Positions 15,458 through 27,704 of a stretch of DNA of 64,000 nt are shown piece after piece; position 1 is the stretch's first letter, and each line of letters begins with the position of its first letter. Origin of the DNA: Chlorokybus atmophyticus (taxonomy: Eukaryota > Plantae > Mesostigma and Chlorokybus algae); contig RHPI01002910.1 of NCBI GenBank assembly GCA_009103225.1, positions 364,678 to 428,677 of the forward strand, in the 5' to 3' direction. The notes under the pieces are model-generated. The model did no database searches. It was given only the letters and a program-made list of their open reading frames with translations, and was not told the origin of the DNA. A program made the translations under genes and the position numbers.

Positions 15458-18400
15458 ATGGCGGCGTTGGCGGCGGCGTTGGCGGCGGCGGGACTGCGTC
15501 GGTCGTTTGCTCAGCAGCTAAAGCCTGGGTTGAATCAAATTGTCCGACAGTTTGCCAAGAGTGTGGATACGGAGCTTGCAGGTTGGCCTATGACAGAGTG
15601 CTGAGCGTGCACTGCGCATGCTTGGCTGCTGGGACATGTGTTGGGTTGGGAGCGCCAATGCTTGTTGTCTTTATGCTGTATGTGAGATCGAGATGCACCT
15701 CGAACAGCGCTTTGTACTGCTCGCAGTCAACAGGTCTGTCGCAATTGTTGGAAGGCCCAACGTGGGCAAGTCGGCGCTGTTCAACCGCTTGTTGCGACGC
15801 CGTGAAGCGTTAGTAAGTCGCAGCTTGCCATCAGACTTGACAATATTATTCACATTTGCAACTTGAAGTCCGGAGCATTACCTGAAGCTTAATGGTTTTG
15901 GGACCACTCGCAGGTGCTGAACACGCCAGACGGGCACCTTACACGCGACTACCGGGAGGTGAGAATTTACTGAACCACACAAGGCACACACAGACGTCTT
16001 TAATAAACCTTAACACAGTCGCACACACGCGCGCGCGCAAGCACCTGCAAACATGCACGCACACACGTGCAGATGCACATGCACATTTCGCACGAACCCT
16101 TGTGCATGCGCATTGGCAGACATTGTATGGGGCCATCAGCTCGTATGCACGCATGCAGACTCACCTGCACGTGGGTGCGCGCGTGCGTGCATGTGCTTCT
16201 GCATGCCAATACGCAAGTGTGCGTGCATACAGTATCTGCCAAGATTATATGTACGACCTCTCATGAGCAGTTGTTCTTCCTGGAGTGTTACTGTGTGGAC
16301 AGATGACAGCAACATCGCACGTGTGTTAGGGCATTGCAAAGCTTGGCGATCTGCGATTCACTGCTATTGACACGGCGGGTTTGGAGTTTGGCAGCGGTGA
16401 CGACAGCATCCAGGTACCCACACAGTTATTCAGATGTCCTCAGGCAAGACCGTTTTGGCTCTGCTCACAACAACAGGCTGCTGACTAGTTGCCTGTGAAG
16501 GGCCGAACGCTAGAGCTCACCTCCAAGGTGATCGGACGAAGTGCAGCTGCCTTGTTTGTACTCGATGCTCGCTCTGGGGTGAGCCATCGATCAAACGCAA
16601 TGCAGCTTATCTTGACATGGCCGGTGAGAGAGTGTGTTGCCAAAGCAAGCTAAACTGCATAAATCTGCATGCATCCGTGCAGGTGGTTGCTGCCGACAGA
16701 GACGCCGCCAAGTGGCTTCGTGCACAAAGCCCGTCTGGGACTGTCATCCCCGTGCTGAACAAGTGCGAGGGCGGCGGCTTGCCCGATGAGTCGATTCTTT
16801 CCGCTGTCGGCGAAACGTTCAGTCTGGGCTTTGGTGAACCTTTAACCCTTTCAGCAGAAAGTGGAGAGGTGAGTAGTAGCAAACATGCTGGGAAAGGTGT
16901 TGACGCATGCACAGTGTGTTGTGACACGTATGCACACGTACACCTGACGGGCACCGCTGCACGTGGTGATTATAATGTAGGGTCTCGCAGAGTTGTATGA
17001 GAGGTTACAACCGGTGTTGGAGCGGGAAGTAGATACGCAGCAAGCAGAAACCACTAAAGTGGCTCATCAAGATGGTCAATTACAAGCGGCCATCACCGAT
17101 GTCGAGCCTGAACGACAAGAAGCTCTGCAACTCGCCATTGTCGGCAGGCCCAATGTCGGCAAGTCGATGCTGGTAAGCATTCTGTTGCCACACTGCAATG
17201 CTTGAGTTTTGCTCGTGTGTGAAACAACACCTTCGTGACCATTTGCTCTGATGAACAGGTCAATAGGCTGCTTGGTGAACAGAGGGTGGTGACAGGCCCT
17301 GAAGCAGGGCTCACAAGAGATGCCGTGCGCACGCGCTTTGAATTTAAAGGTACAAATACAATGCACACACAGCAATCAGTGGAAACTGATACTGTCGATG
17401 TCCTGTTGCAGGCCAAGCTGTATGGGTGGTGGACACTGCCGGCTGGATGCACCGCAAAAACCTAATGACACAGCCGGAAGCAGCTTTGAGCGCAACTCAA
17501 GCGCGCAGGAAGCTCGGCCTCTCGCATGTGGTTGCCCTCATCCTCGATGCTGAAGAGGTGCTGACTCTTATCAACATTGTCCACACAGTACACTTTGGAT
17601 GATTTGCATGCATGCAAGCTTGTCACTGATGCAGTGCGTTGCTTTTGCAGTGCATTGCACTTGAGAAGGTGAAGAAGACGGAGATAGCTCTGGCAAGACA
17701 GGTCACAGAGGAAGGCAGAGCGCTTGTGGTATGTGTGCGGCAATGCCATGGGGCGATGATAGCAAACTGATATATGCATCACGCCATGCGTTGGTGACAC
17801 TGGTTTGATACAGGTTGTGGTTAACAAGCTGGATGCGCTATCGGACGAAGATCAGAAGAGAGTGCTGAAGGGAGTTGCGTATGAGATTGACAATGCACTG
17901 CCACAGGTATCTTTCTGTTCTGCGCAATTGTTTTTTCTTTGCAGAGAACAACCACATGAGTCGGGTAATGCCTTGATTTGATGAAGGTTGCTGGTGTGCC
18001 GTGTGTTGGAGTGTCCGCCTTGAACGGTGTCAACTTTGGGAAGCTCATGCCAACGGTACGGCCATCAGCTCATACATCCGCTACATGCTATTGTCGTTAG
18101 CATGTTGCTTGACCAAAAGCAATGCAGGTGCTCGCTGCTTATCAGCGCTGGACCAAACGGGTTCCCACGCACACGCTGAACAATTGGCTTGATGAGGTAG
18201 GTCAGCTCGCTCAGTTGTGTTGTTTTGCATTCTGTTCGCATAGGATCGGCACTGCACATATGATGCAACTGTGTGGCGCACCACAGATGTGCATTTGTGT
18301 ATGATGTGTTCTGCAGTTGAGCATATACGGGAAGGTCGGCAGCGGGGGTGGAGAGGTGCGAGTGCGCTACCTAACGCAAATCAAAGCGCGACCGCCAACG

Positions 18401-18538
18401 TTCATGGCGTCGGTCAGCGGCAAGAAGCCCCTTTCGCAAGCGGACCTTCGCAGCCTTGCGACTCAAATAAGGAAGGCGTTCGGCTTCCAGGGTGTCCCTA
18501 TCAGGCAAGTTATGACAAACCCGTTTATCTACGCATAA
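15458..18538 (+). CDS. engA: EngA/Der tandem GTPase for organellar ribosome biogenesis, probably mitochondrial
   Basis: Two VAIVGRPNVGKS G1 motifs, two DTAG G3 motifs, NKCE and NKLD G4 motifs, C-terminal KH-like YLTQIKARPPTF...AFGFQGVPIR; presequence MAALAAALAAAGLRRSFAQ. Confidence 0.9.
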
Positions 18539-19864
18539 TTGGTTGTTCGCGTGTGGCAGGTGCAAGCCAATGCCAGCTGTGAAACAGTTCTGAGGGCTGC
18601 ATGCTGTTAGCTTATCCTGAAAGTGTTGCAAATTGGTGTCTTTGCTGTTGGGGTGTTTGCGTTGCCCAGCCATGGCTTGTTACAGGGTGGTCGCGAAGCC
18701 CACTCGCGGTCGTGTTGCGGCAGCACCACCACAAGCTATGCGGACAGTTTGACATGCGTGCATCAACATGGACAAGCGCATCAACAAAGTTAAGTTATGG
18801 GATTTTTGCTTGAGGCTCCCATGGAGTCTGTGTGCATGCCGATCACTCCTAGTGCAGCGTGTGTGAACTGATCAGATGTTGGCTGTGTGCCGTGTAAACG
18901 TACAACGAACATGCTTGCATTAGGTCACGAGAACAGAAAGTGCACAACAGCCACACACTGACCATTGCGCACATTCTATGCTGCACCCAAGTGTAGAGTA
19001 TATGCAATGCTGTGCATGTGTAATGTATGTACAAGGCGAATAGTCGCGAATGATGATGGGGTGATGATGACAATCATCAGTACCCCTTTTACTAACATCT
19101 CCAATTACTATTGAGGATGTCGCAATTAAGCTTAGCTATTATGTGCATAATTGCTAAATTACATAACCGTACAGCTTGCCAACTACGTATGTCAACATAA
19201 TGAGAATGGTGATCGGGATCAAATTCAATTCACACCGCACGTGTGCGCATCATGTAGTAGAGTGAAAGTTGAAGGTTTCATTTTTAAACCCCTTTCACGA
19301 TCATTAATTACAATCATTATTACTAATAAGCTTGCATATTTGAAGTTCGCTATAAAAAGTAGTAAAAAGCTTTGGTCCATGCCATCACGCTCAAGCTTTC
19401 GCAATATGTATTAGCACAATGTCTACTCAAGTGTGAAAATAAATCGTAAAATAGCGACAAAACAAGTATGCAAATCAACAAGCAAAAGCGCTGTTGGGAA
19501 GATGGAAGCCTTCCGTTCTTCAAGCGGAACTTCCACTCCTTCCCACCAGTAACGGCATAGCACGTTAGGTCACGGTAGTGAGCGGCGGCATCCCCCTGCG
19601 TGAAGGCGCTGTTGGGCAAGGAGCGGGCGGCCGCTGGAGGGTGTGTGTGTGTTAGGCCAGGCCTAGGCGGGGAGGGTCTACGCCAGCAAACTTTTGCTAA
19701 CCTGTCTCCTTCCTTGTGTTGGGTTTGGAACGGAGCAAAGCTGGCTAGCTTTCAGCCGTCAGCCAGCCATGCTGGCGCTGCCCGCCTAGCGGCGTAGTAC
19801 GCTGCTTGACTGCATACTCTTCACCAGCCTTCACTTCATTGGCTCACAGCAGTAGGCTGCAAGG

Positions 19865-22800
19865 ATGTCTGGGGCGGACGGCCTCACCGACGAGAAGGTA
19901 CTGCATTGGCCTTTTTGGTGGTTGTTGCTGCGAGCATTGCCTTCGGTTATTGTTGACAGCGTTCACATTCCTAAACCAACAGGACTGAATGATGTTGTGG
20001 ATGGATATTCTTTTTAGAAAGCACCTACTGTTGAGAGCTTGCTTTGTGTGTGCTGAGTTTTTGTCTGTTCGCTTGTTTGTTTGAGCTCATGGTACAAGCA
20101 GTTGTGATGTTTGGTAAGCCGCTCCATCACAACAGACAGGTGCAAGTCTTCTTGATGATCGGGATCATGCTGGGTTCCTGACACAGCTGGTTATTTGACA
20201 TGACGTTGCTATTCAGTACTGATCAGTGTCAAGCAAGCTACGAATGCGCACATTGGGTAGCATAGAAGCTACGCAATCGCAGTCACGATCTTAGTGCTCT
20301 CCTTTTCATGCATGCTTGCAACAGAAGGCCGAACATTCTAAACACTGCTTAAACAGTCCCATTGGGTGAACTGATGCTTGTACACTGCAATCATTTTGTA
20401 CACTCACACACACAATGTCATTCCACAAACAGGTGTTGTCGCGGGAGATCCCGTGGGAGACGTACGCCACAGCAAAGCACATCTCAGAGAAGGACCTGCA
20501 GCTTCTACGGAGGTTTGACAAGGCCGGCAAAGATGTTCAGGCGTCCCTCCTTGGCACGGTGCGCATTGTGGGAGGTAGTAATTTAGCGATTCAACTCTTC
20601 AAGCGCATATACCGGAATGAGTGCATCAACAAATGACTGAATGCATGAAGTGCAGCAGCACACAATCTGTGAAATGATGGACTAATTTAGTCCACAGAAG
20701 TAACAGTCAATTCCAGGCTGTGAGGTAGTTAAGAAGGCAAGTGTGGATAGATTTATATCAACAGACGTAAGTAGTGAAGTGACTGAACAGTGACATGCAT
20801 GCAATGTCCGAAAAACTGCTCAATTCTTTGTGAATACATCCAGGTGACTATCTCTAACCTCTTATAATCAGAATGAGTATGCTCGTGACTGTTACTGGCA
20901 GGATGGTGCTGGGGTGTTTGAGGCTCTTCTCAACATGTTGAAGACGGTCACAAAGGACGACACGGTGCAATACGTCCTCGCCCTCCTTGATGATATCCTT
21001 ACAGGTGTTCGTCTATAGTCATGATCAACCCATGCAACAGCCTGAGGGTTGGAAAGCTCTGCTGACTGCTGCTTGCCTATCTTACAGATGACCCGGCTCG
21101 AGCTCAGATATTCCACCAGATGGCACAGAAGCTTGAAGAAGGCAGGGCTTACGCTCCAATTGTCAAGTAAGTACGCGTGAGTTGTGGTTGAGACCGCAAT
21201 TGCCGCTCGTACTATGCACACATCTTGTTGATTGGCAAGATGTACTCAGTAGACAATCAGATCAACGAATTCTATGGCTTTTGTTGCAGGTTGCTGGATA
21301 GGGGAAACTGGTACATACTGGAAAAGACCTGCAAAGTGTTGTCGAGGTTGCTTAGGCAAGTTGATTGTCGTTGTTGTTGCTGTTGCTGTTGTTGGGCCAC
21401 TTCGTCTCTAGCAAAGCCTGAACGAAAGCGTTGATGTCTGATGCAACAGCACGCGGCCGAACAAGTCTGCTACATGGCAATCGCTGGTGGGAAGCGTGGA
21501 CGCCTCGGCACCCTCTTCTTCAAACGGCTCCGCACCACCCTACACCCAACAAGTTGTCCTTACGCTCATCGACTGGTGCTGTGGCCAGGTTGGTGATGCC
21601 TACTTGTATATCTGCATGAGTATGTTGCTGTGTATGGCATGTAAACATGTTGTGTCTGTGCCATGATTACATGTTACGGTTGGTACATGCACGCGCGCAC
21701 GCGTGTATGCATGTGTTCAAGGGTTCGTGCATGCTCACATATATGCACTCAGTTAGATGCCTTGCAGTATTGTTGTTACTAGGTACATGTGCATCGACAT
21801 TGCTTGTGTATGTGTGTTTGGATGCCGCAGCTGCGCAGTGGTAACGGTGTAACCACTGCGCAGCTGCGGCATCCATCGGATCCCAATAGGGCAGTGGCGA
21901 CGGCCGTGTCGGGGCTGTCATTGCTGCTGCAGGAGCCGTCAGCACGCATTGTCTTTATCCACAATGGCGGCCTCACCCTCCTGGTGCCCATCCTCAAGCC
22001 CAGCAACTCGCCCAACACCGTGCAGGTTTGTTGATACGCCTCTCACACAATCATACATACACATAGAGGTCGCCTGTTGTAGTGATGAATATACCATGCA
22101 ACTTTACCAACTTGTTGTTGCTGGGATTGTTTTTGTGTGACAGATTCTTTATGAGGCGGCGCTTTGCGTGTGGCTTTTGTCCTTTCAACAGCAGGCGGCA
22201 GAAGCCATGCCCAAAACCGGCGTGTTGGCCGCTCTTGTCGACGTGAGGACCCGCGCACACACATGCGAGCATTTTCCACTCACACGCTGTAGCAATGCTG
22301 ACGAGTTTGCACACATCCCAACTCAGGTGGCGAGAACGGTGAGCAAGGAGAAGGTGCTGCGTGTGGCGGCGCTGGCGCTGAGGAATATGCTGGAAAAGGC
22401 GGACTGCAGCGCGGATGCCGTTGATATCGGCCTACCGCACGTTGTGCGCAACATGCAGCAGCAGGTGGGGGATTATGCAGTTCAGTCTACGGTATACACG
22501 TGTCATGCGTGTTGCGCGTGCAGTTGACGTGCAATGCACCTTGCTACAAGCGAATGATATCGTGCATTCACGCGTCTGCAGCACAACCATGTCAAAGGCT
22601 TACATAGCTCTCAGTGTGGGTAGCTATGGTCTTGACTCTTGCATGCACACACACTCGAGGGTGCGAAACAGTGTGCAGGTGTGCTGCTTCTAGATGATAA
22701 TAGATGCGTGCTTACGCCTAAACGCAGATAGTACACAAGCTTGCTGCAATAGTCGTGTATAGCAAGCGTGCGCCAATGTGGCACAGCCTTTGCACCAGTC

Positions 22801-24119
22801 TAGCTTTGGCTTCATTGTTGCAGGCCAACTTATGTGCATACATCACCTGTTGCCGGCTGCAAGTGCATGTGTGTGCACGGCCTGGTGCATGCACACACAG
22901 CACAAAAGCTTCGTCACATCATGCTTATGCTACAAGTCTCTAGCATGGTCTTGCCACCTGTCAGTGTCACCTTGTGTTTGCCATGGGCTTTCGACATGCA
23001 CGCACACACATTACACATGCATCCGCAGCGCTGCTTGTTATCGGCCACTGACACGCGCAAACAACTACAATCCACCTCCGCTACATGCAGGCATGGGGCG
23101 ACGAGGACCTTGTCACGGCGCTTGAACAGCTGAGCGAGAAGCTGCAGGAGGCCGTGCGCGAGCTGACCTCGTTCGAGCGGTACCGACGCGAGGTGGTGTC
23201 GGGCACGCTCACGTGGAAGAACTCCGCGCACAAGGACCCCAACTTCTGGCAGGAGAACATTGCCAACCTCGCCAAAGAAGACTACCAGGTACAGGCGTTT
23301 GCAATTTGCAACGGCCTCTGTACAGCTGCAGGCGCATGCACATTCAGCATGTATCAGTTGTAAGGTTGTGTTCGTGCACGTGAGTGGGTATGTGTGCATG
23401 CATGTCTATGTGCGCGCCAGCTTGCTTGCACATGCATGCGTCTGTCAATGTGCATATTGTGCGTGTTTGGTTGCTTGGTACTATGACTGCTTGGCTGATT
23501 GCAGTTACACTTACATGATACTCCACATGTTCTGACCTACTCGCATGGCTACGCTTCTTTCTCCAAACCATACTACCTCGCTCCTGACTCTCTCCCCTTG
23601 TTGGTCGCACAGGTCATCCGTGTGTTAATAAAGCTCCTGGAGTCCTCGCGTGACCCCGTCACGCTGGCCATCGCCGCGCATGACATTGGCGAGTTCGTGA
23701 ACTACCACCCAGATGGCCGCCAGATCGTTGTGCAGGTACGGGCAAGCGTGCGTGTGCGTGTGCGTGTGCGTGCATGTGTGCATGCGTGTGTGTGTATCAC
23801 AACAAACTGCAACTGCAAGTGGACCTAGTTGTAACAAACGTTATGTCACATATACATGCAACACACAGCAACATAGGCGTGTCCATCTGTGCATATATGG
23901 ACTGTTGCCTGGCCTCACGTTTGTCAGCTTGGCGCATGGGGTGACGTGTTTATTTTACTTTTTGTGTTGTTGACGTGTATGGTGCATGTCCACGTGCAGG
24001 ACCTGAAGGGTAAGGAGCCCGTCCTGAAGCTGATGACATACAACGACCCCGCCGTCCAAAAGGAGGCCCTGTTTGCCACGCAGAAAATTATGCTGCGGTC
24101 CAAGATTGTGAGCGCTTAA
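19865..24119 (+). CDS. VHA-H: V-type proton ATPase subunit H
   Basis: MSGADGLTDEK/VLSREIPWETY...LQLLRRFDK, TVQYVLALLDD, WGDEDL...LTSFERYRREVVSG.L.W...HKDPNFWQEN, LAIAAHDIGEFV.YHPDGR, KEALFATQKIM. Confidence 0.92.
21819..21875. repeat. Perfect 24-bp inverted repeat spanning a VHA-H 3' splice site
   Basis: TGGATGCCGCAGCTGCGCAGTGGT (21819-21842) pairs with ACCACTGCGCAGCTGCGGCATCCA (21852-21875). Confidence 0.9.
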
Positions 24120-25415
24120 GGGGCCTGCATTGGTTTTGTGATTGTTTGGAGGGTTGGAGGATTGCACAACAAGGCAACCGCACTGTTGAGGTGTGGTTTA
24201 TCTGGCTTGGCTTGGTTTGGATGGCTGGCTTTCGCTATATTGGAAACTGCAAAAGGAAAGGAAATTCTGTTGCATACTGTGGCATATACCTGAGTGCAGA
24301 TAGGTTGGATTGGGTCAGTTGACGAGAAACAATACTGACATTGGCATTGTCCATCTGTCGCGATGTGCGCGCAGTGTATTGACGTTATGTTGGGTAAGGA
24401 TCTCTCCTGCGCAGTATGCTTTCATGACAAGGGCGCGAGCCTGCTTGGTCCAGCAAAACACAACATAAAAAGAACAATGAAACATGCAACCTAAGCCTCA
24501 AGAACATTGTCAAAGTAGCCACATCAGCCAGCGGAGCTGTCGACATGAAAATTCAATTCTTCATGCTTATCAACTGGATAACGCAGGAAGGCAATGCGAT
24601 CAATGCTGAGACTAACATGTCTCCGAAATGCTACGCGTTGCCGGCACGGCGTGATTAAAGCGCGCCTCCAAGTCCCTATTTGTTAAAACGTGCGGCGCTC
24701 GTGCGCATTGCAGCAATAGACACAAACAGCTCGCCCAACGCGTCTCCACCGCCAATGAGACATACGTATCAGTCGGGTGGCAATCATGGCACATTGTGTG
24801 CTTTTGCTCTGCCGCCCGAGTGCCGGAACCAACATCAGACCGAAGGTTGATGACAGCGGCGTCGAGTATTAGCCAAGTGTCGCGCTCAGCCATAGCAGCG
24901 TCAGTGTTGTGTACTCATGTGCGGTGGGCCTCCCACATGCAGTAACTAACATTCGTAAGCCCCTCCACATGTCCAGTAGCTGCTCGCAGCAACCTCAACA
25001 GCGCACGCCGTGTGAGCAGCGGGTGCGGTAGCCCAAGGAGAGATGGCGTATGGCAACACTCGGCATCCCGGTGCACGGGTACACAACCACGCTCCTGCTC
25101 TCGTGTCCCGCTGCCGACTAAAGGCAGCGTACATCGCGATGATGCGTACGAAGCAATGATGCTGACGCCTGCACATCATTCACAGCTCGCCCAAAGGAAC
25201 ATGTGTACATGTGTGCCACCACGCAAGCCGCTACATCTGGTGCACTGGTCTCTTTGACAGCCCTCCCAAGGCATGCAGAACACGACGTACCACAACGCAA
25301 TGTTGCACAGGAGACTCACCCTGAAGTGAGCCTTGCATACTCCCGACAACACGTGGTGTCACGTGCGTGCATGTCACTGCATTGTGGTAGTGCATAAATG
25401 CAGCTATACATGCTG

Positions 25416-26853
25416 CTAGCTTGTTGGATAAGGTGGTGGAGGCTCTTGTGGAGGCGGCGGTGATGCAAACATGTGTTGATGTGGCACGGATGCGTGTTGA
25501 TACGGCTGGCTTGCGTGATGATGGTGATAGTGGTACTGTGCTGGGGTCGGGTACACGCCTGTTGCATGTTACACATAATTAGCCACCCATCTAATACACA
25601 TGCACGTGTGCATCCGCGTGCGCATGGACATCGCATGTGCTGTGTGTCCACCTGCTTGCTGTGGGTATGCTGCTGGACTGCCAAACTGGCCGTAGCCGTG
25701 CTGGTCTTGAGGAGGCAAAGGATGGCAAGGATGGTTTGGGTGGGACATCTGCTCTGGCTGCTGAGGCATGAAGGCGTTACTGTAGTGCTGCTGTTGTTGT
25801 TGTTGTTGTTGCTGCTGTTGTTGCAGCAGAGGCGTGTTGTGTTGCTGTGAGCTGCTGCCCGCCAGGCTGCGCATCTCACTATCGGCCCACTGCAGTGAAG
25901 GCGTAGACATGAGTACGCCAGTGAGGAGACACAAATTATACACTATATACACGTACACGTACACGTACACGTACACACATGCACACATGAACTCCTCCTC
26001 ACCCCCAACTTCAATGGCCTTCCGTACAGCGCGATGCCCTGCAAGAGGCGCATCGCGTACGCAGCGCCGCTCTCGCGCACAAACTTCACAAAGGCGTAAT
26101 TCCTGTCCAATCAGAAGTGGTCGGTACACATGAGATAGATGTGGGAACTGGAATGACTGTGCAACTTGCCTTGGGCGATCGGTCGTTTTGTCGCGGGGGA
26201 TGGAGATGGAGTCTATGAGGCCAGCTTGGATGAACAGCTCGTACAGAAGCCTGTGCAGGTGGGCGGGTGGGCGGGTGCGTACACGCGTGCGCACACGCAT
26301 GTGCAGTTCAGCGTGTGTAGGTTTGTGCGCATGCATGTGTGCATGTGCACTTGCATATACATGTGCACACGTGTACGTACACGCCCAAGTCTGCTTGTGT
26401 GCAGGCACATGCGAGGACGCTTTTGCACATGTGCATATGCGTTCAGCCGATGTGCATAGTCTTGACGCGTAGGTGCGTGCCTACTACGATGATGCAGATT
26501 GCGCATTCGAGACTTTGGGCACATTGTGTGCGTGTGAAATATGGCTGCGCATCAACCGCTGCCCATGCAATACACACACAGCTACATTGTCTGTCACTCT
26601 TACCTCTCGTCCACGCGCTCGTCCAAGTTGCCTGCACCACACATTCGCACAACTTAACGTGCGCACGAGTATACGTGCGTGTGCCATGCGTGGGGGTGGG
26701 GGTGGAGTGTGTGGTGGGGGTGGGGTGTGGGGGTGGGTGTACACGCCGAGTAGTTGAGATTGCACCGGTATGCACGATGCGTATGCTAGCACACGTGGCA
26801 CGCACGCACGCAACGACCATAATCAAGTAAGAGATTGCGAGACACACATGTCA

Positions 26854-26897
<44 letters not shown>

Positions 26898-27369
26898 NGA
26901 GAGAGAGAGAGAGAGATTCATACGCATCAGTACACGCGAACACATGCATCCAGAACATCATATACAAGCACGGCGTATGCAATGTGCTACTATACGTACC
27001 TGTTCCCACCTAACCCCCACTCCTACCATGCCACACACAATGCCACCGAATGCCAATGTAGGAATCAAAATGACACACCTAATTTTAAGGCAGAAGTGTG
27101 TGTGTGTGTGTGTGTGGTATGTGTGTTGGGAGGGAGGGAGGGGTGGGGTGGGGGGTGTCAGCATGCACATACACAAGCATGTCCTCAACAACAGCACGCT
27201 CACAGTGTCCACCCGCCAGTGTATATGTGCCCAAGCCAGCCAGTTCACATCAGGGGTCTGAAGCTGCAACACAATGATGCATGCCATGCCATGGATGGGT
27301 TCCCACTTGTTTGTCGTTCATACCCGCATGCAGAGTCATCAGCGCCCTCTCCGCCTCCTCGGGGGACAT
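25416..27369 (-). CDS. Single-RRM RNA-binding protein, RBM7/SF3B4-like, with a Q/P-rich tail (5' exon uncertain)
   Basis: Exons LLYELFIQAGLIDSISIPRDKTTDRPR and RNP1-like FAFVKFVRESGAAYAMRLLQGIALYG; poly-Q exon; tail QPYQHASVPHQHMFASPPPPQEPPPPYPTS*. Confidence 0.65.
26856..26916. repeat. (GA)n microsatellite containing an N
   Basis: Direct reading; N at 26898. Confidence 0.95.
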
Positions 27370-27704
27370 CTCATGGACATCACCGCCCAGGGCGGAACAC
27401 ACACACACACACAACCCCAACCGACACAAGGCAAAGAGAAAGTAAGAATACAAAGGTTTGAACAGGGGGCGGACAAAGACCAGTAAAACAAACAAAACTT
27501 ACTCACTCCGCCAGGCACTAACACAACAACAATCAAACTACACTCAGTAAGCTGAAGCTCTGAAGCCACATGCATTAAACCATCAGACACTTGACCTAAT
27601 CGAGTGGCCCAGCACATCAGGGCGGCGGCGACGGCGACGGCGGCGTGCTTGGCAAGGGGGATCAGGGGGGTGACTTGCGGCCTCGGCCAGCACCGCCTGA
27701 CGCC

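Noticed and set aside
19480-19600. Possible tRNA or snRNA upstream of VHA-H
   Set aside because: No cloverleaf, A/B boxes or Sm site recognised; more likely promoter or 5' UTR.
24612-25300. Short ORFs between VHA-H and the RRM gene (for example 24612-24893 -)
   Set aside because: No recognisable domain or convincing splice chain; consistent with convergent 3' UTRs.
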